DNA from: Polyangiales bacterium | GTDB taxonomy: Bacteria > Myxococcota_A > Polyangia > Polyangiales > DASUME01 | Assembly (NCBI GenBank): GCA_046598735.1 | Contig: JBKJIA010000466.1 | Location: 17,292 to 81,291, forward strand | Reading direction: 5' to 3' | Length of the DNA: 64,000 bases | Shown here: positions 48,847 to 58,826 of the stretch, one piece after another | How positions within the stretch are numbered: position 1 is the first letter of the stretch | Layout: each line of letters opens with the position of its first letter | The notes under the pieces: generated by a model | Told to the model about the DNA's origin: nothing | Database searches by the model: none | The model's input: the letters and a program-made list of their open reading frames with translations, nothing else | Translations under genes and position numbers: made by a program

Positions 48847-49710
48847 ATGTCTTTCGCTACAGATCACGTAATTCGTGCGCTCACCGACGATGGATCCTTT
48901 CGCGTGCTCACCGCGCGCACCACCCTCACGTGCCGCGAAGCCGTGCGCAAACAGTCAGCTCAAGGTGATGTGGCGCGCCATTTGGCGGACCTGCTCACAG
49001 GCACCGTGCTGGTGCGTGAAACCATGGCGCCTACCCTGCGTGTGCAGGGCATCGTGCGCGGCGCAGCAGGAGGGTGCACCATCGTGGGTGACTCCTTCCC
49101 AGACGGGGGCACCCGCGGTCTCGTCAACTTGCGCAATGGCGCAACCCAGCTCGATCTAAGTCACGACGCAGTCATGCAGTTCATGCGCAGCTTACCCAAT
49201 GGCGAAGTACACCGCGGTGTCGTGGAAGTGCACGAAGCTGGCGGTATGTCGGCCGGACTGATGGCTTACATGCAGGATTCCGAGCAAATCTTTACGGTCA
49301 CTGCCGTGCGTTCGCTGTTTGATGCAGACGGCAGCGTGCGCTCTGCGGGCGGCTACGTCGTGCAGCTTCTGCCGGATGCGCACAAAGATTTGGTCGCGAT
49401 CATGACCGAGCGACTGGCCGCAGATTTCAGTGACATCACGCGTTTTGTGGCGGCCGATGATTTCAATCCAGACACGTTGCTGGAGGAGATCCTCTATCAA
49501 GTGCCGTTTGCGCGCGTGGAAACGCGCGACGTGCGTTTTCACTGTCCGTGCAGCCAAACGTCGGTGCTCGCCAGCTTGTCCACCTTGCAGATCGCGGACA
49601 TTCAGCAGTTTATCGACGATGGCGAGGTGCTCGACATCGCCTGCGATTATTGCGGTAACGACTATCAAGTTGCGCCCGACCAACTACGCGGACTCGTATC
49701 CCAGAGCTAA
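48847..49710 (+). CDS. hslO: Redox-regulated chaperone Hsp33
   Basis: The ATG at 48847 gives MSFATDHVIRALTDDGSFRVLTARTT... The C-terminal zinc switch is FHCPCS...CDYCGNDYQV. The ORF-track N-extension from 48685 overlaps hemW and looks spurious. Confidence 0.85.
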   Translation: MSFATDHVIRALTDDGSFRVLTARTTLTCREAVRKQSAQGDVARHLADLLTGTVLVRETMAPTLRVQGIVRGAAGGCTIVGDSFPDGGTRGLVNLRNGATQLDLSHDAVMQFMRSLPNGEVHRGVVEVHEAGGMSAGLMAYMQDSEQIFTVTAVRSLFDADGSVRSAGGYVVQLLPDAHKDLVAIMTERLAADFSDITRFVAADDFNPDTLLEEILYQVPFARVETRDVRFHCPCSQTSVLASLSTLQIADIQQFIDDGEVLDIACDYCGNDYQVAPDQLRGLVSQS

Positions 49711-49712
49711 GC

Positions 49713-50633
49713 ATGTTGTTTCGCGTGATCGCACTCGTATCCGTCGGTGTCGTCGCGGGCTTCGTGCTCGGCGGCGTGGGGCCACAACGAGAGCTAAGTA
49801 AGGTTTCCAGCGAGCTCGCGCTGCTGAAACGTCGCATCGATCGCCTCGACAGGCCGAATCCGTTGCGGGAGCTGTTGCCAGGATTGGTCGCGCGGGGCGA
49901 ACCGAACCGTAAGGGACGCGAGCTCGCTCGGCAGACGCCGTTGCCCGCCCGAAACCAAGGGGCTGCGGGGAATGGACCTGACGGTCACCCGCGAACTGCG
50001 GACACGGGTTCAAGCGGCGCCGTGATCATCCGTGGCAGCGAGGACGACGGTCTGCGTGCTAGGGCCGCGCCACGCGCAGACGAAGATACTCAGCTCGCCC
50101 AGGCAGATGCCCAGCAAGCCGAGGACCAGGGCAGCACAAGCCGTAGGCAGCGCAGCGGGTTTGGGCAGCTGAACCTTGCGCGCTTCGACGAGCTGTCCGC
50201 CGCGCAGGCGATGCGCTTTGCGGCTTCGCGTGCCGCCCTTATCGAGCAGGCAGGCCTCAACGAAAAAGAAACCGCGGCGGTGGATAGTACGGTCAAGAAA
50301 ATGAACGATGATCTGTCCGGCTACGGCGAGGAGATTTTGTCGCAAGCATCGTCGGAGGAGCCACCCTCCCCGTCGCAGGCCTTGGGTCTTGGGCACGACG
50401 TAAGCGGCATTATGTACGATGGCCAAAAACAGCTCGAGGGGATCGTAGGCAAGCGCGCCGAAGGCGTGGAGCCTGGCGCACTCGAGATCTGGAACTACGT
50501 CGACATGGCCCGTCTACGCCCCGCCGCGGAAAAGTACTTACCCGGCGCAGGCCCCGCTGCTGACACGCAAGGGACAGCGCCTAGCACCGCTGTGCCAGCA
50601 CCTTCCAATCCTGACACTCAGGACGAAGAGTGA
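49713..50633 (+). CDS. Hypothetical membrane-anchored protein
   Basis: 306 aa with an N-terminal TM (VIALVSVGVVAGFVLGGV) followed by charged or low-complexity sequence. It has a 4-nt overlap with the next gene. I recognise no family. Confidence 0.4.
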   Translation: MLFRVIALVSVGVVAGFVLGGVGPQRELSKVSSELALLKRRIDRLDRPNPLRELLPGLVARGEPNRKGRELARQTPLPARNQGAAGNGPDGHPRTADTGSSGAVIIRGSEDDGLRARAAPRADEDTQLAQADAQQAEDQGSTSRRQRSGFGQLNLARFDELSAAQAMRFAASRAALIEQAGLNEKETAAVDSTVKKMNDDLSGYGEEILSQASSEEPPSPSQALGLGHDVSGIMYDGQKQLEGIVGKRAEGVEPGALEIWNYVDMARLRPAAEKYLPGAGPAADTQGTAPSTAVPAPSNPDTQDEE

Positions 50634-51535
50634 GGTCTGTGCGCGATGCGCTGATCGTCGCGGGCTTCGAGCTCCTCGAGGCCCTGCGCAGCAAGCGCGT
50701 GTTGGTCCTGTCACTTCTCTACGTGGGAGGCTCGGTCGCAGGCGCCGTGTTGTTCGTCGATCTGCTCGCCAGCATCGAAGCCACCTTGGCCAAAACCTTG
50801 TTCGTGGCCGATCCGAGCAAACCGGGCGCGATGACGTTCGCGCTCCTGCAGAGCGAGCAGTTTCGGGCCGTGGTCAATCGCTTGATCCGCGATCCTGACC
50901 TTACGGATCGACTGATTACCTTACCCCCGCTTGCGACCTTCTATGGCTGGCTTGCGCTCACGTTCTTGCCGGTACTGGTGATGCTGACGTCGGTCGAGTC
51001 GATCACGCAGGACTTGCAGTCGGGTGCCGCGCGCTTTTCGCTCGTACGCTGTGATCGCTTGAGCTGGGCCGTGGGCAAGCTGCTCGGGCAAAGCGCATTG
51101 ATGTTAGCAAGTCTGACGCTCGGCTCGCTAGCCACTTTGCTGGTGGGGCTATTCCGAATGGATGGGATCGCGTTGCTGCCGACCTTACTGTGGTCTCTGC
51201 AGCTCTCGTTGCGTGCCAGTGTGTTCGGCTTTGCTTATGTAGGGCTCGCCCTGGGGCTCTCGCAGTTGACGCGCTCGGTGCAGATCGCACGGGCGCTTGG
51301 GCTGGCTGTGCTAGCGCTCTTCGGAGCGATGCGTGCCGTGCTCGAAAGCGATTGGACGATCGAGCGCGCACCAGTGATCGCTGCAACGCTCGGTCGTCTG
51401 TTGCCACGTTCCCACCAGATCGATCTGTGGCGGCCTGAGCTCAGCGCGCGTCTGCCGGCCATGGTCATGTTAGTCGCCTTAGGCATTAGTTTTTTCGCGG
51501 TAGGTCACGTCGTACGCAAACGCAGGGACGCCTGA
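50630..51535 (+). CDS. Putative ABC-2-type transporter permease
   Basis: 301 aa with about six hydrophobic segments. It is translationally coupled on both sides (ATGA-type overlaps), including to the downstream ABC ATPase. Confidence 0.5.
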   Translation: MRSVRDALIVAGFELLEALRSKRVLVLSLLYVGGSVAGAVLFVDLLASIEATLAKTLFVADPSKPGAMTFALLQSEQFRAVVNRLIRDPDLTDRLITLPPLATFYGWLALTFLPVLVMLTSVESITQDLQSGAARFSLVRCDRLSWAVGKLLGQSALMLASLTLGSLATLLVGLFRMDGIALLPTLLWSLQLSLRASVFGFAYVGLALGLSQLTRSVQIARALGLAVLALFGAMRAVLESDWTIERAPVIAATLGRLLPRSHQIDLWRPELSARLPAMVMLVALGISFFAVGHVVRKRRDA

Positions 51536-52476
51536 TGAACGATGCGCTGAGCTTCGATCAGGTGCACAAGCATTACGGCAAACGCCGCGCGCTCGATGGG
51601 CTCACCTTACGCGTGCCGCAAGGCAGTATCTCGGGCTTGATCGGGCCGAACGGCGCAGGGAAAACCACCACTTTTGGCGTAGCCTCAGGTTTGTTGCGCG
51701 CGGATGCGGGGCGCATCGACGTGCTCGGGCAAGGACCTTACGATCCCTACCGGCAGCGCGGCTTACTCGGACTCTTGCCACAAGACTCGGAGCTCATTCC
51801 CCATGGTCGGGTAGCGATACAGCTCACCTACCTTGCACGCTTGCAGGGCTTGAGCGCGAAAGAAGCCGACCGTGATGTCGCACGGGTGCTCGAGCTCGTC
51901 GCCTTGCGCGATCGCGCGGGTGAACGCATTGGTGCGCTTTCCCATGGCATGCGCCGCCGGGTCGCGGTGGCGCAAGCGCTGCTCGGTACGCCTAAGCTCG
52001 TGCTGCTCGATGAGCCTACGAGCGGCCTCGATCCGCACTTGGTCAAGCAGATGCGCGATGTGATCGTAGAGACCAACCAACGTCAGCGGGTGACCTTCGT
52101 CGTGAGCTCCCATGTGCTCGCCGACTTGGAGGCGATCTGTGATCACGTGATCTTCATCGAAGCGGGGCGCACCATCCAGAGCGGCTCGTTGAGTCAGATC
52201 ACGGGGCGTGGGCAGCACATTCAGGTGAGCGTGAAGCGCATGCCTACACTCGATCAGCTGCATACAGCGTTAGGTGAGCTGAGCTTCGCATGCGCGGAGC
52301 AAACCATCAGCGTGCAAGTCCCGACGGGCGCTGAAGTGTCGTCGATCAACGCACGATTGCTGCGCGCCTTGCTCGACCTCGACGCTGGCGTGCTCGAAGT
52401 GAAAGCGGGCGGCAGTCTCGAGCAGACGTACTTGGCAGAACGTAAGGCCTGGCAGGCGCGCAGCGCACAGGGGTAA
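51535..52476 (+). CDS. ABC transporter ATP-binding protein
   Basis: GPNGAGKTTTF (Walker A), LSHGMRRRVAVA (signature) and LVLLDEPTSGLD (Walker B). Confidence 0.9.
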   Translation: MNDALSFDQVHKHYGKRRALDGLTLRVPQGSISGLIGPNGAGKTTTFGVASGLLRADAGRIDVLGQGPYDPYRQRGLLGLLPQDSELIPHGRVAIQLTYLARLQGLSAKEADRDVARVLELVALRDRAGERIGALSHGMRRRVAVAQALLGTPKLVLLDEPTSGLDPHLVKQMRDVIVETNQRQRVTFVVSSHVLADLEAICDHVIFIEAGRTIQSGSLSQITGRGQHIQVSVKRMPTLDQLHTALGELSFACAEQTISVQVPTGAEVSSINARLLRALLDLDAGVLEVKAGGSLEQTYLAERKAWQARSAQG

Positions 52477-52511
52477 GCAGGGAATCACCAAATTCCACCG
52501 CGGCTTGCGCC

Positions 52512-53594
52512 ATGTACTGCCGACGCGTGGCACAGTGCCTGGCCATGGCCGATCGCATCGCTGACTTTTTCGCGGAGAAGACCGCGCGCCGCGGGTTCGC
52601 ATTACTCAGCTTTCTGCTGCTGCTCTTTGCGTTTCGCCACCTTGCACTGTTGCTTATCTTCTTTGTCTCCTTCGAACGTGCGCTCTTCTTCTCTGCCGGC
52701 CTTTTGTCGCGACGCTGGGGTCTCAGACGTCTGACCGCTCTCGTGCTCGTGCTGTTCACGGCCGCAGCGTTGCTCGTGCTCGTGGGCTTCCTATCCGCAG
52801 GCCGATTGACCCGACTGATCGTGGAAACGCGGCAGACGTTCCCCCTGCGCATCGCGGAGTTGCGCGGACATCCTTGGTACCTTGCCATGCGCGAGCACCT
52901 GCCCGATTCAGAAGACCTCGCGCAGTCCGCCGAACATTACGCAGCCGATATGGCCAAGTCTGCAGCGGCCGTCGGACGCGCCTTTCTATCGGCCATCATC
53001 GGTTTGATCCTGGCCGTCGTCTTCTTTCTGGACGCTGAGCGCATTCATGAGTTTCGCAACACGCTATCGGAACGCTCGCTGTTCGGTACGCTAGTGCGTT
53101 GGGGCGAATACCTCGCAGAATCCGTGGTCCTTACGGTGCAACTTCAGCTGGTGGTGGCCGCGTGCAATGCCGTGTTGACGCTGCCAGTTCTGCTGTTTCT
53201 GGGCGTTCCCCATGTACCTGCCCTGATGGTGTTGATCTTTGTGTCGGGCCTTATCCCGGTCGTTGGAAATCTGCTTTCGGGGGCTGTGCTGGTGCTACTC
53301 GCATACCAAGTCAAAGGATGGCTTGGCGTTGGACTATTCATCGGCCTTACCTTCATCCTGCATAAGATCGAGTCCTATTACTTGAACCCACGGTTGACTG
53401 CACGACACGTGGCATTGCCTGGCTTCGTCCTTATTTTGTCGCTGATCGCATGGGAGCATTTACTGGGTTTTGCGGGTCTGTTCGTATCTTTTCCGGTGCT
53501 CTATTTGGCCGGAAAGATTCGCGCCGAGTTCCTGCAAGATGACTTACGAGGGGCGTCGACCGCCAGGCCGAAGGCCCCCTCTGCCTCGCCCTGA
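52512..53594 (+). CDS. AI-2E family transporter (PerM/UPF0118-like)
   Basis: 360 aa with about eight TM segments. GLIPVVGNLLSGAVLVLLA and KIESYYLNPRL resemble the AI-2E family conserved blocks. Confidence 0.7.
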   Translation: MYCRRVAQCLAMADRIADFFAEKTARRGFALLSFLLLLFAFRHLALLLIFFVSFERALFFSAGLLSRRWGLRRLTALVLVLFTAAALLVLVGFLSAGRLTRLIVETRQTFPLRIAELRGHPWYLAMREHLPDSEDLAQSAEHYAADMAKSAAAVGRAFLSAIIGLILAVVFFLDAERIHEFRNTLSERSLFGTLVRWGEYLAESVVLTVQLQLVVAACNAVLTLPVLLFLGVPHVPALMVLIFVSGLIPVVGNLLSGAVLVLLAYQVKGWLGVGLFIGLTFILHKIESYYLNPRLTARHVALPGFVLILSLIAWEHLLGFAGLFVSFPVLYLAGKIRAEFLQDDLRGASTARPKAPSASP

Positions 53595-53597
53595 ACC

Positions 53598-54053
53598 TTA
53601 CGGTTTGCTAAGCGCGGGCTTGGGCTCCACCAGCTCGATCAACATGCCGCCTGTGTCTGCGGGGTTCAGGTACGCCATCTTGAACGACGGTAGCTCGACC
53701 ATCCCGTTCGGCGTGACGTGACCCGGTCGAATCCCGCGCGCGGCCAGGCGGGTTAGTACCTGACCCAAGTCGCGCACCGTCCATGCGACGTGATTGATGC
53801 CGGGCCGGTCTGCGAGCAGGATCTGTTTGAAGTAGTCCGACACTGGCTCGATCAGCTCGAACTCGGCGCCGCACACGCGCACAAAACCGAAGCGCGTCTC
53901 GCAGGCTTCGCCAAATGGCGGAGTCACCGTGATCTGATCGGGCGTCAGCTCATAGACATGCGTGAAATGGGCAAGCGTCGCCTGCAGGTCGCTGGTGATG
54001 TGCCCGACGTGCCGTAGGCCGACGATAAGGTCCTGAATGCCAAGCTGCATCAT
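53598..54053 (-). CDS. VOC-family protein (glyoxalase / methylmalonyl-CoA epimerase-like)
   Basis: 151 aa. VGLRHVGHITSDLQ, GINHVAWTVRDL and ELVE are paired beta-alpha-beta-beta-beta metal-site motifs. Confidence 0.7.
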   Translation of the reverse strand: MMQLGIQDLIVGLRHVGHITSDLQATLAHFTHVYELTPDQITVTPPFGEACETRFGFVRVCGAEFELIEPVSDYFKQILLADRPGINHVAWTVRDLGQVLTRLAARGIRPGHVTPNGMVELPSFKMAYLNPADTGGMLIELVEPKPALSKP

Positions 54054-56617
54054 TCGTAAGCGAGCGCCTCTTTCACATCCATTCCGGCAGCCTTACGCCC
54101 CGGAAAGAAGCCGGCAAAGGCGGCAGCGCCCACCACGAACAACGTCATGCGAATCGCCGTGTCCATGGGAAAGCCGTAGGCCAAGTTCCAACCACTGGTG
54201 GCCGTGCCGATCACCTTCAAGAAGATGTAACCCTGCGGCACGCCCGCGATGACCCCGCATACCGATGCCGCCAAGCCAAGGAAGCCCGCTTCGACCACTA
54301 AGCTCACCACCACCTGATTGCGGGTGGCACCGATGGCGCGCAGCATGCCGATTTCGCGGATGCGGTCGATCACGGCAGCCAACATCGTGCCGATCACGCC
54401 CATGATCGCGACGAGTAAGGTAATAAGCTCGGGCGCCTTGGCGTACGCAAACACGCTCTTGGCGACCGACGACAGCTCCTTACGCAAATCATCGTGCAAC
54501 GTGACGAACAGACTCTGGGTGGCACCCAAGCGCTCGCGGATGGTCTTGACGATTGCCTCGTGGTTGGTCTTGTCGTCGAAGAACATATCGACACCATCAA
54601 CCTTGTCGTCCTGCCAGAGCGAGCCGTACCACTTACGGTCCATCATCATCCAGCCTTGATCGTAAGAGTAGTCGACCACCACGGCGTAGACCTCGAAGGC
54701 CTGCGCGCCGGAGGGCGTGTCGAGCTTGACCGAATCACCCACAGACAAATGATGAATGTTGGCCATGTTCTCGGAAATCATCACGCGCTGCTTGTCAACG
54801 AGTGCTGTGTCACCGATTACGGCGGGGCCTTCGATCACGTGGCGGCTGCGACCCTTTTTCTTCGATTGCTCGAAGTAGATCTTAGTATCCACCGAAGCTA
54901 TCTGAGCACGACGACCATTGACGTCGTGGAATACGGCGCGCACCGGGTTTATCCCGATCACGCCCGGAATGTTTTGCAGCTTGTCGACGACGTTCGGCGC
55001 AAACGGAACGTGATGCCGATCGAGCAGCGGAGAGCCGGCCGTGATCAGTGCGTCGGCGGGGAACGCGTCGTCTGCCCACTGCACGACCGACTGCTCAAAG
55101 GCGCGTGCATAGGCGCCCACGCTCATGCTCATCGCCACCGCGAGCATCAGCGCCACGACGGTGATCGCGCTGCGGCTCAACGAACGTTCTACGTTATCAA
55201 GCGCAATGCGACCGGGTATGCCGAGCAACGCTTCAACGATCTTGACGAGGGCAAGGCGCAGCCACTTGACGGCAAAGGGCACGAGTAAGGTCAGCCCGAT
55301 CACGAGCACGATGCTGGCGATGTAGCCGTTGATTTCGCCGCCGCGCATGGCGGGGATCCAAGACAAAAGCGCGATCACGATGCCCGCCACCGCCAAGCGA
55401 CCTTGGGACATGACACCCGACATCGAGGTGGAGCGCGAGGCGCGCAGAGCTTCGGCGGGATCGACTTTGTTCGTTTCGCGCGCCGGCAAATAGGCCGCGA
55501 TCAAGGTGGTGATGAAGCCGGCCGCTATGCCGGCGAGCGCGACCTGTCCGGTGATGCGCGGGGGCGGTGGATGGATGGGCATCACGAAGCGATTGACGGT
55601 GCCTTCCACGTTGGCGAGAGCCACGTTGGCAAGCTGTTGTGCGAGCACCAGGCCGAGGGCCGTACCGATCGCGGCCATCACCAAGGCCTCGAGACAGAAC
55701 AACCACACCATCTTGTTCTTGGTCACGCCGAGCGCGCGCAAGATACCCACCTCGCGACGACGCTGCGCAACGCTCACGCTGACGGCGTTGTAGATCAGGA
55801 ACATGCCGACCCAAAGCGAGACGAGCCCGGACATATTGAGGCCGTTCTTGAAGGCCCACAACGACGCCACAAGACGCTGCGTACGCCCCTTGGGAGCTTC
55901 GACCTGAGCCTTACCTTTGATGAGCTTCGCGATGCGGGCCTGCACCTCGGGAACCGGCACGCCTTCCTTGACGACGATGTCGATGCGATCGACCGAATAA
56001 CCGCGCGAAAAGCTGACCTGCGCGGCATCGATGAACATGACCACGACTTGACCGCCGAACGACGCGGCAGGGCCGGCATCCTCGAGCAGACCGCGCACGA
56101 AGAACTCTTTGTTGCCCTCCGAGGTCACGAGCGACAACGAATCGCCGACCTTCAGACCGCGGCCTTGCGCAAGCTTCTTCGATACTAAGATCGCGGTCGG
56201 ATCGTTCACGAACGCGAGCGGATCAGAAATCACCGAATCCTTACCCTCTTGCGCAAAGGGTAGGAAGAACGTGTCGCCCAAAAAGTCGACGCCCAAAACC
56301 AGGAGCGCGCCGCCTTTGCCGTCCGGGGTGCGCGTGGTGACCTCGAGCATCGCGGCAGCGTGATCCACGCCATCGATGTCTGCGATGTCGCCCGTAAGCG
56401 AGCTTGGAATGCCAGCGTCGCTACCAGCAACCGTAAGGTCTGCTTTGCCGGCTACGCGGTCCACCATGTCTTCGAACGCGGCCACCAAACTCGCGTTGGT
56501 GGCGAGCACGGCGCACAGCATGCACACGCCGAGTGAGATCCCGAAAATGACGAGCGCCGTGCGAAACGGAGAGTGACGCAAGTGTCGTAACGAGATCTCA
56601 CGCAATAAGGTCCACAT
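54050..56617 (-). CDS. Fused double FtsX-domain ABC transporter permease (MacB/YbbP-like)
   Basis: 855 aa with two copies of the FtsX module (..RRREVGILRALGVTKNKM.. and ..RIREIGMLRAIGATRNQV..), each preceded by a large extracytoplasmic domain. Confidence 0.85.
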   Translation of the reverse strand: MWTLLREISLRHLRHSPFRTALVIFGISLGVCMLCAVLATNASLVAAFEDMVDRVAGKADLTVAGSDAGIPSSLTGDIADIDGVDHAAAMLEVTTRTPDGKGGALLVLGVDFLGDTFFLPFAQEGKDSVISDPLAFVNDPTAILVSKKLAQGRGLKVGDSLSLVTSEGNKEFFVRGLLEDAGPAASFGGQVVVMFIDAAQVSFSRGYSVDRIDIVVKEGVPVPEVQARIAKLIKGKAQVEAPKGRTQRLVASLWAFKNGLNMSGLVSLWVGMFLIYNAVSVSVAQRRREVGILRALGVTKNKMVWLFCLEALVMAAIGTALGLVLAQQLANVALANVEGTVNRFVMPIHPPPPRITGQVALAGIAAGFITTLIAAYLPARETNKVDPAEALRASRSTSMSGVMSQGRLAVAGIVIALLSWIPAMRGGEINGYIASIVLVIGLTLLVPFAVKWLRLALVKIVEALLGIPGRIALDNVERSLSRSAITVVALMLAVAMSMSVGAYARAFEQSVVQWADDAFPADALITAGSPLLDRHHVPFAPNVVDKLQNIPGVIGINPVRAVFHDVNGRRAQIASVDTKIYFEQSKKKGRSRHVIEGPAVIGDTALVDKQRVMISENMANIHHLSVGDSVKLDTPSGAQAFEVYAVVVDYSYDQGWMMMDRKWYGSLWQDDKVDGVDMFFDDKTNHEAIVKTIRERLGATQSLFVTLHDDLRKELSSVAKSVFAYAKAPELITLLVAIMGVIGTMLAAVIDRIREIGMLRAIGATRNQVVVSLVVEAGFLGLAASVCGVIAGVPQGYIFLKVIGTATSGWNLAYGFPMDTAIRMTLFVVGAAAFAGFFPGRKAAGMDVKEALAYE

Positions 56618-56705
56618 AACTCAAGCTCCGGTAGCGCGGGGCGCCATCGCGTCCCGTCACCTTCAAGCGACTGGTGAAATAAGAGAGGTGCTAGAGACTT
56701 GAAAA

Positions 56706-57488
56706 TCAGCCGATGCTGGGCGTGGGCACGTGACCTATCACGGAGGGCATCGGCTCCGCGTGCATCTCGCTGCCATGCGCGCCCGCAAACACGGCATCGG
56801 CCGTCTCTGCTTGCATGCATTCGTCGGCGGCAAGCTCACCGTCGCGAATGGTAAGGACGCGATCAGCCACGCGCGCAATGCGCGGATCGTGCGTGACCAA
56901 GATGACCGTACGACGCTTGTCGACCGCGCCGCGCAACAGACGCATGACCTCGCGGCCGGTCTTGGAATCGAGATTGCCCGTGGGCTCATCGGCCAAGAGC
57001 ACGGGCGGATCCATGATCAGACCACGCGAAATCGCGACGCGCTGCATCTCGCCACCGGACAGCTGATCGGGACGATGGTGCATGCGATCGCCGAGACCGA
57101 CGCGCTTCAGTAGCTCTTCGGCGCGCGCTTCCAGATCTTTCGACGGACGGCCCGCCAGCTTTGCGGGCAGCATCACGTTTTCTTTTGCCGTCAAGGTCGG
57201 CATCAGATTGAAAAATTGGAACACGAACCCGATCTTGTCGCGGCGCAAACGCGTGCGTGCGTCGTCGTCGAGCGTGCCCAAATCGGCACCGGCGACGATG
57301 ACTTGACCGCTGGTCGGCTGATCCAAGGCACCAAGAAGATTCAACAATGTGCTTTTGCCCGAGCCCGAGGGGCCAACGATAGCCGTAAGAGATCCAGCTT
57401 CGATGCCCGCCGAAATGCCCTTGAGCGCCTGCACACAACTTGCGCCCTGACCGTAAGTACGGCGGACGTCTTTAAGCTCAATGATCAT
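56706..57488 (-). CDS. ABC transporter ATP-binding protein (LolD/MacB-ATPase-like) with a ~35-aa C-terminal tail
   Basis: The ATG at 57488 gives MIIELKDVRRTYGQG... Motifs: GPSGSGKSTLLN, LSGGEMQRVAISR and LLADEPTGNLD. The ORF-track N-extension to 57575 is unlikely to be translated. Confidence 0.9.
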   Translation of the reverse strand: MIIELKDVRRTYGQGASCVQALKGISAGIEAGSLTAIVGPSGSGKSTLLNLLGALDQPTSGQVIVAGADLGTLDDDARTRLRRDKIGFVFQFFNLMPTLTAKENVMLPAKLAGRPSKDLEARAEELLKRVGLGDRMHHRPDQLSGGEMQRVAISRGLIMDPPVLLADEPTGNLDSKTGREVMRLLRGAVDKRRTVILVTHDPRIARVADRVLTIRDGELAADECMQAETADAVFAGAHGSEMHAEPMPSVIGHVPTPSIG

Positions 57489-57722
57489 GACCGAGCGTTT
57501 TATGTGGAATGGACGGGAAATGGTAGTTGCTTTTTCCCAGGTGGTGAGGCGGAACGCACATCCGCCCACGTCCAAGCTTGGCCGTAGTGGAAAAAGAGGT
57601 CTCTCGCCGTCATGCGCCCAACATCGGGATACTGAACGGATCGTCCGCTTCTTGCCTTTTGCGGTCCCAGACTTAGATTGCGCGCGCGTGAACCTATCCC
57701 CGGCCGAGAAGTACTGCTGACT

Positions 57723-58799
57723 ATGTCAAAGCGCGATTACTACGAAGTGCTCGAGGTTGAGCGCACCGCCTCTGGCGATGAGATCAAAAAGGCGTACCGC
57801 AAGCTTGCGCTGAAGTACCACCCCGATCGCAACCCGGACAATCCAGAAGCCGAGGAGATGTTTAAGCTCGGCTCCGAGGCGTACTCGGTGTTGAGCGATC
57901 CCAGCAAGCGGCCTCGCTACGATCAGTTCGGGCATGCGGGTGTCGATGGCAGCCAAGGCGGCGGCTTCCAGGACATGGGCGACATCTTCAGCCAGTTCAA
58001 CGACCTGTTCGGCGACTTCTTTGGTGGCGGCGGGGCCGGCGGCGGTCGCGGCCGACAACGGCGTGATGGTCCGACCCAAGGCGCGGACTTGCGCACGGTC
58101 GTGCAGCTCACGCTAGCCGAGGCCGTGTTCGGCGTGAAGAAGGACGTGGAGCTTGCCCATCCATCGCCCTGCGAGAGCTGTCATGGCAGCGGCGCGAAAA
58201 ATGGTGCGATCGCCACCTGCGCCACCTGCCATGGTAAGGGTCAGGTTTCCCACGCACGCGGTCCGTTCTTGATGAGCAGCACCTGCCCGTCCTGTCAGGG
58301 TCGCGGTTCAGTGCCCAAGGAAGCGTGCCCGAGTTGTCGCGGCGCAGGCGAAGTCCAAGTAGACCGTAAGGTCAAGGTCACCATCCCAGCGGGCATCGAT
58401 CACGGCCAAACCTTACGCGTGGCAAGTCAGGGCCAGGCCGGACGCAAGGGCGGGCCCTCCGGGCACTTGTACGTGACCGTCGATGTGGCGGACGACACGC
58501 ACTACGAACGCCAAGGCGTCGACTTGGTGCACGAGTTGCGCGTACCCTTCCCAGTGGCCGCGCTCGGTGGTGAAGTCGAAATTCCTACGCTCGAAGGCGA
58601 AAAGGCCAACGCTAAGATTCCGGCGGGCACGCAGCCTGGTCAGACCGTGGTCGTCAAAGGGTATGGTGTGCCGCGCCTGGATGGTCGGGGCCGCGGCGAC
58701 CTTATCGCAGTCGTGCAGATCGATGTGCCTAAGAAGCTGTCGTGGAAGGCCAAGGGTTTGCTCAAGGATCTGCGCGAAGCGCTCGCCAAAGACGAGTGA
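57723..58799 (+). CDS. dnaJ: Molecular chaperone DnaJ
   Basis: The ATG at 57723 gives [12 protein letters not shown]. It has the HPD motif (KYHPDRN), a G/F-rich linker and four CxxCxGxG repeats ([32 protein letters not shown]). Confidence 0.95.
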   Translation: MSKRDYYEVLEVERTASGDEIKKAYRKLALKYHPDRNPDNPEAEEMFKLGSEAYSVLSDPSKRPRYDQFGHAGVDGSQGGGFQDMGDIFSQFNDLFGDFFGGGGAGGGRGRQRRDGPTQGADLRTVVQLTLAEAVFGVKKDVELAHPSPCESCHGSGAKNGAIATCATCHGKGQVSHARGPFLMSSTCPSCQGRGSVPKEACPSCRGAGEVQVDRKVKVTIPAGIDHGQTLRVASQGQAGRKGGPSGHLYVTVDVADDTHYERQGVDLVHELRVPFPVAALGGEVEIPTLEGEKANAKIPAGTQPGQTVVVKGYGVPRLDGRGRGDLIAVVQIDVPKKLSWKAKGLLKDLREALAKDE

Positions 58800-58826
58800 T
58801 AAACGCTGCTGCGCCGCCGCTTTGGA

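Noticed and set aside
57576-57722. I looked for a heat-shock control element (CIRCE or a sigma-32-type promoter) upstream of dnaJ.
   Set aside because: There is no TTAGCACTC-N9-GAGTGCTAA inverted repeat. The CTTGCC...CCCAGAC spacing does not fit the sigma-32 consensus.
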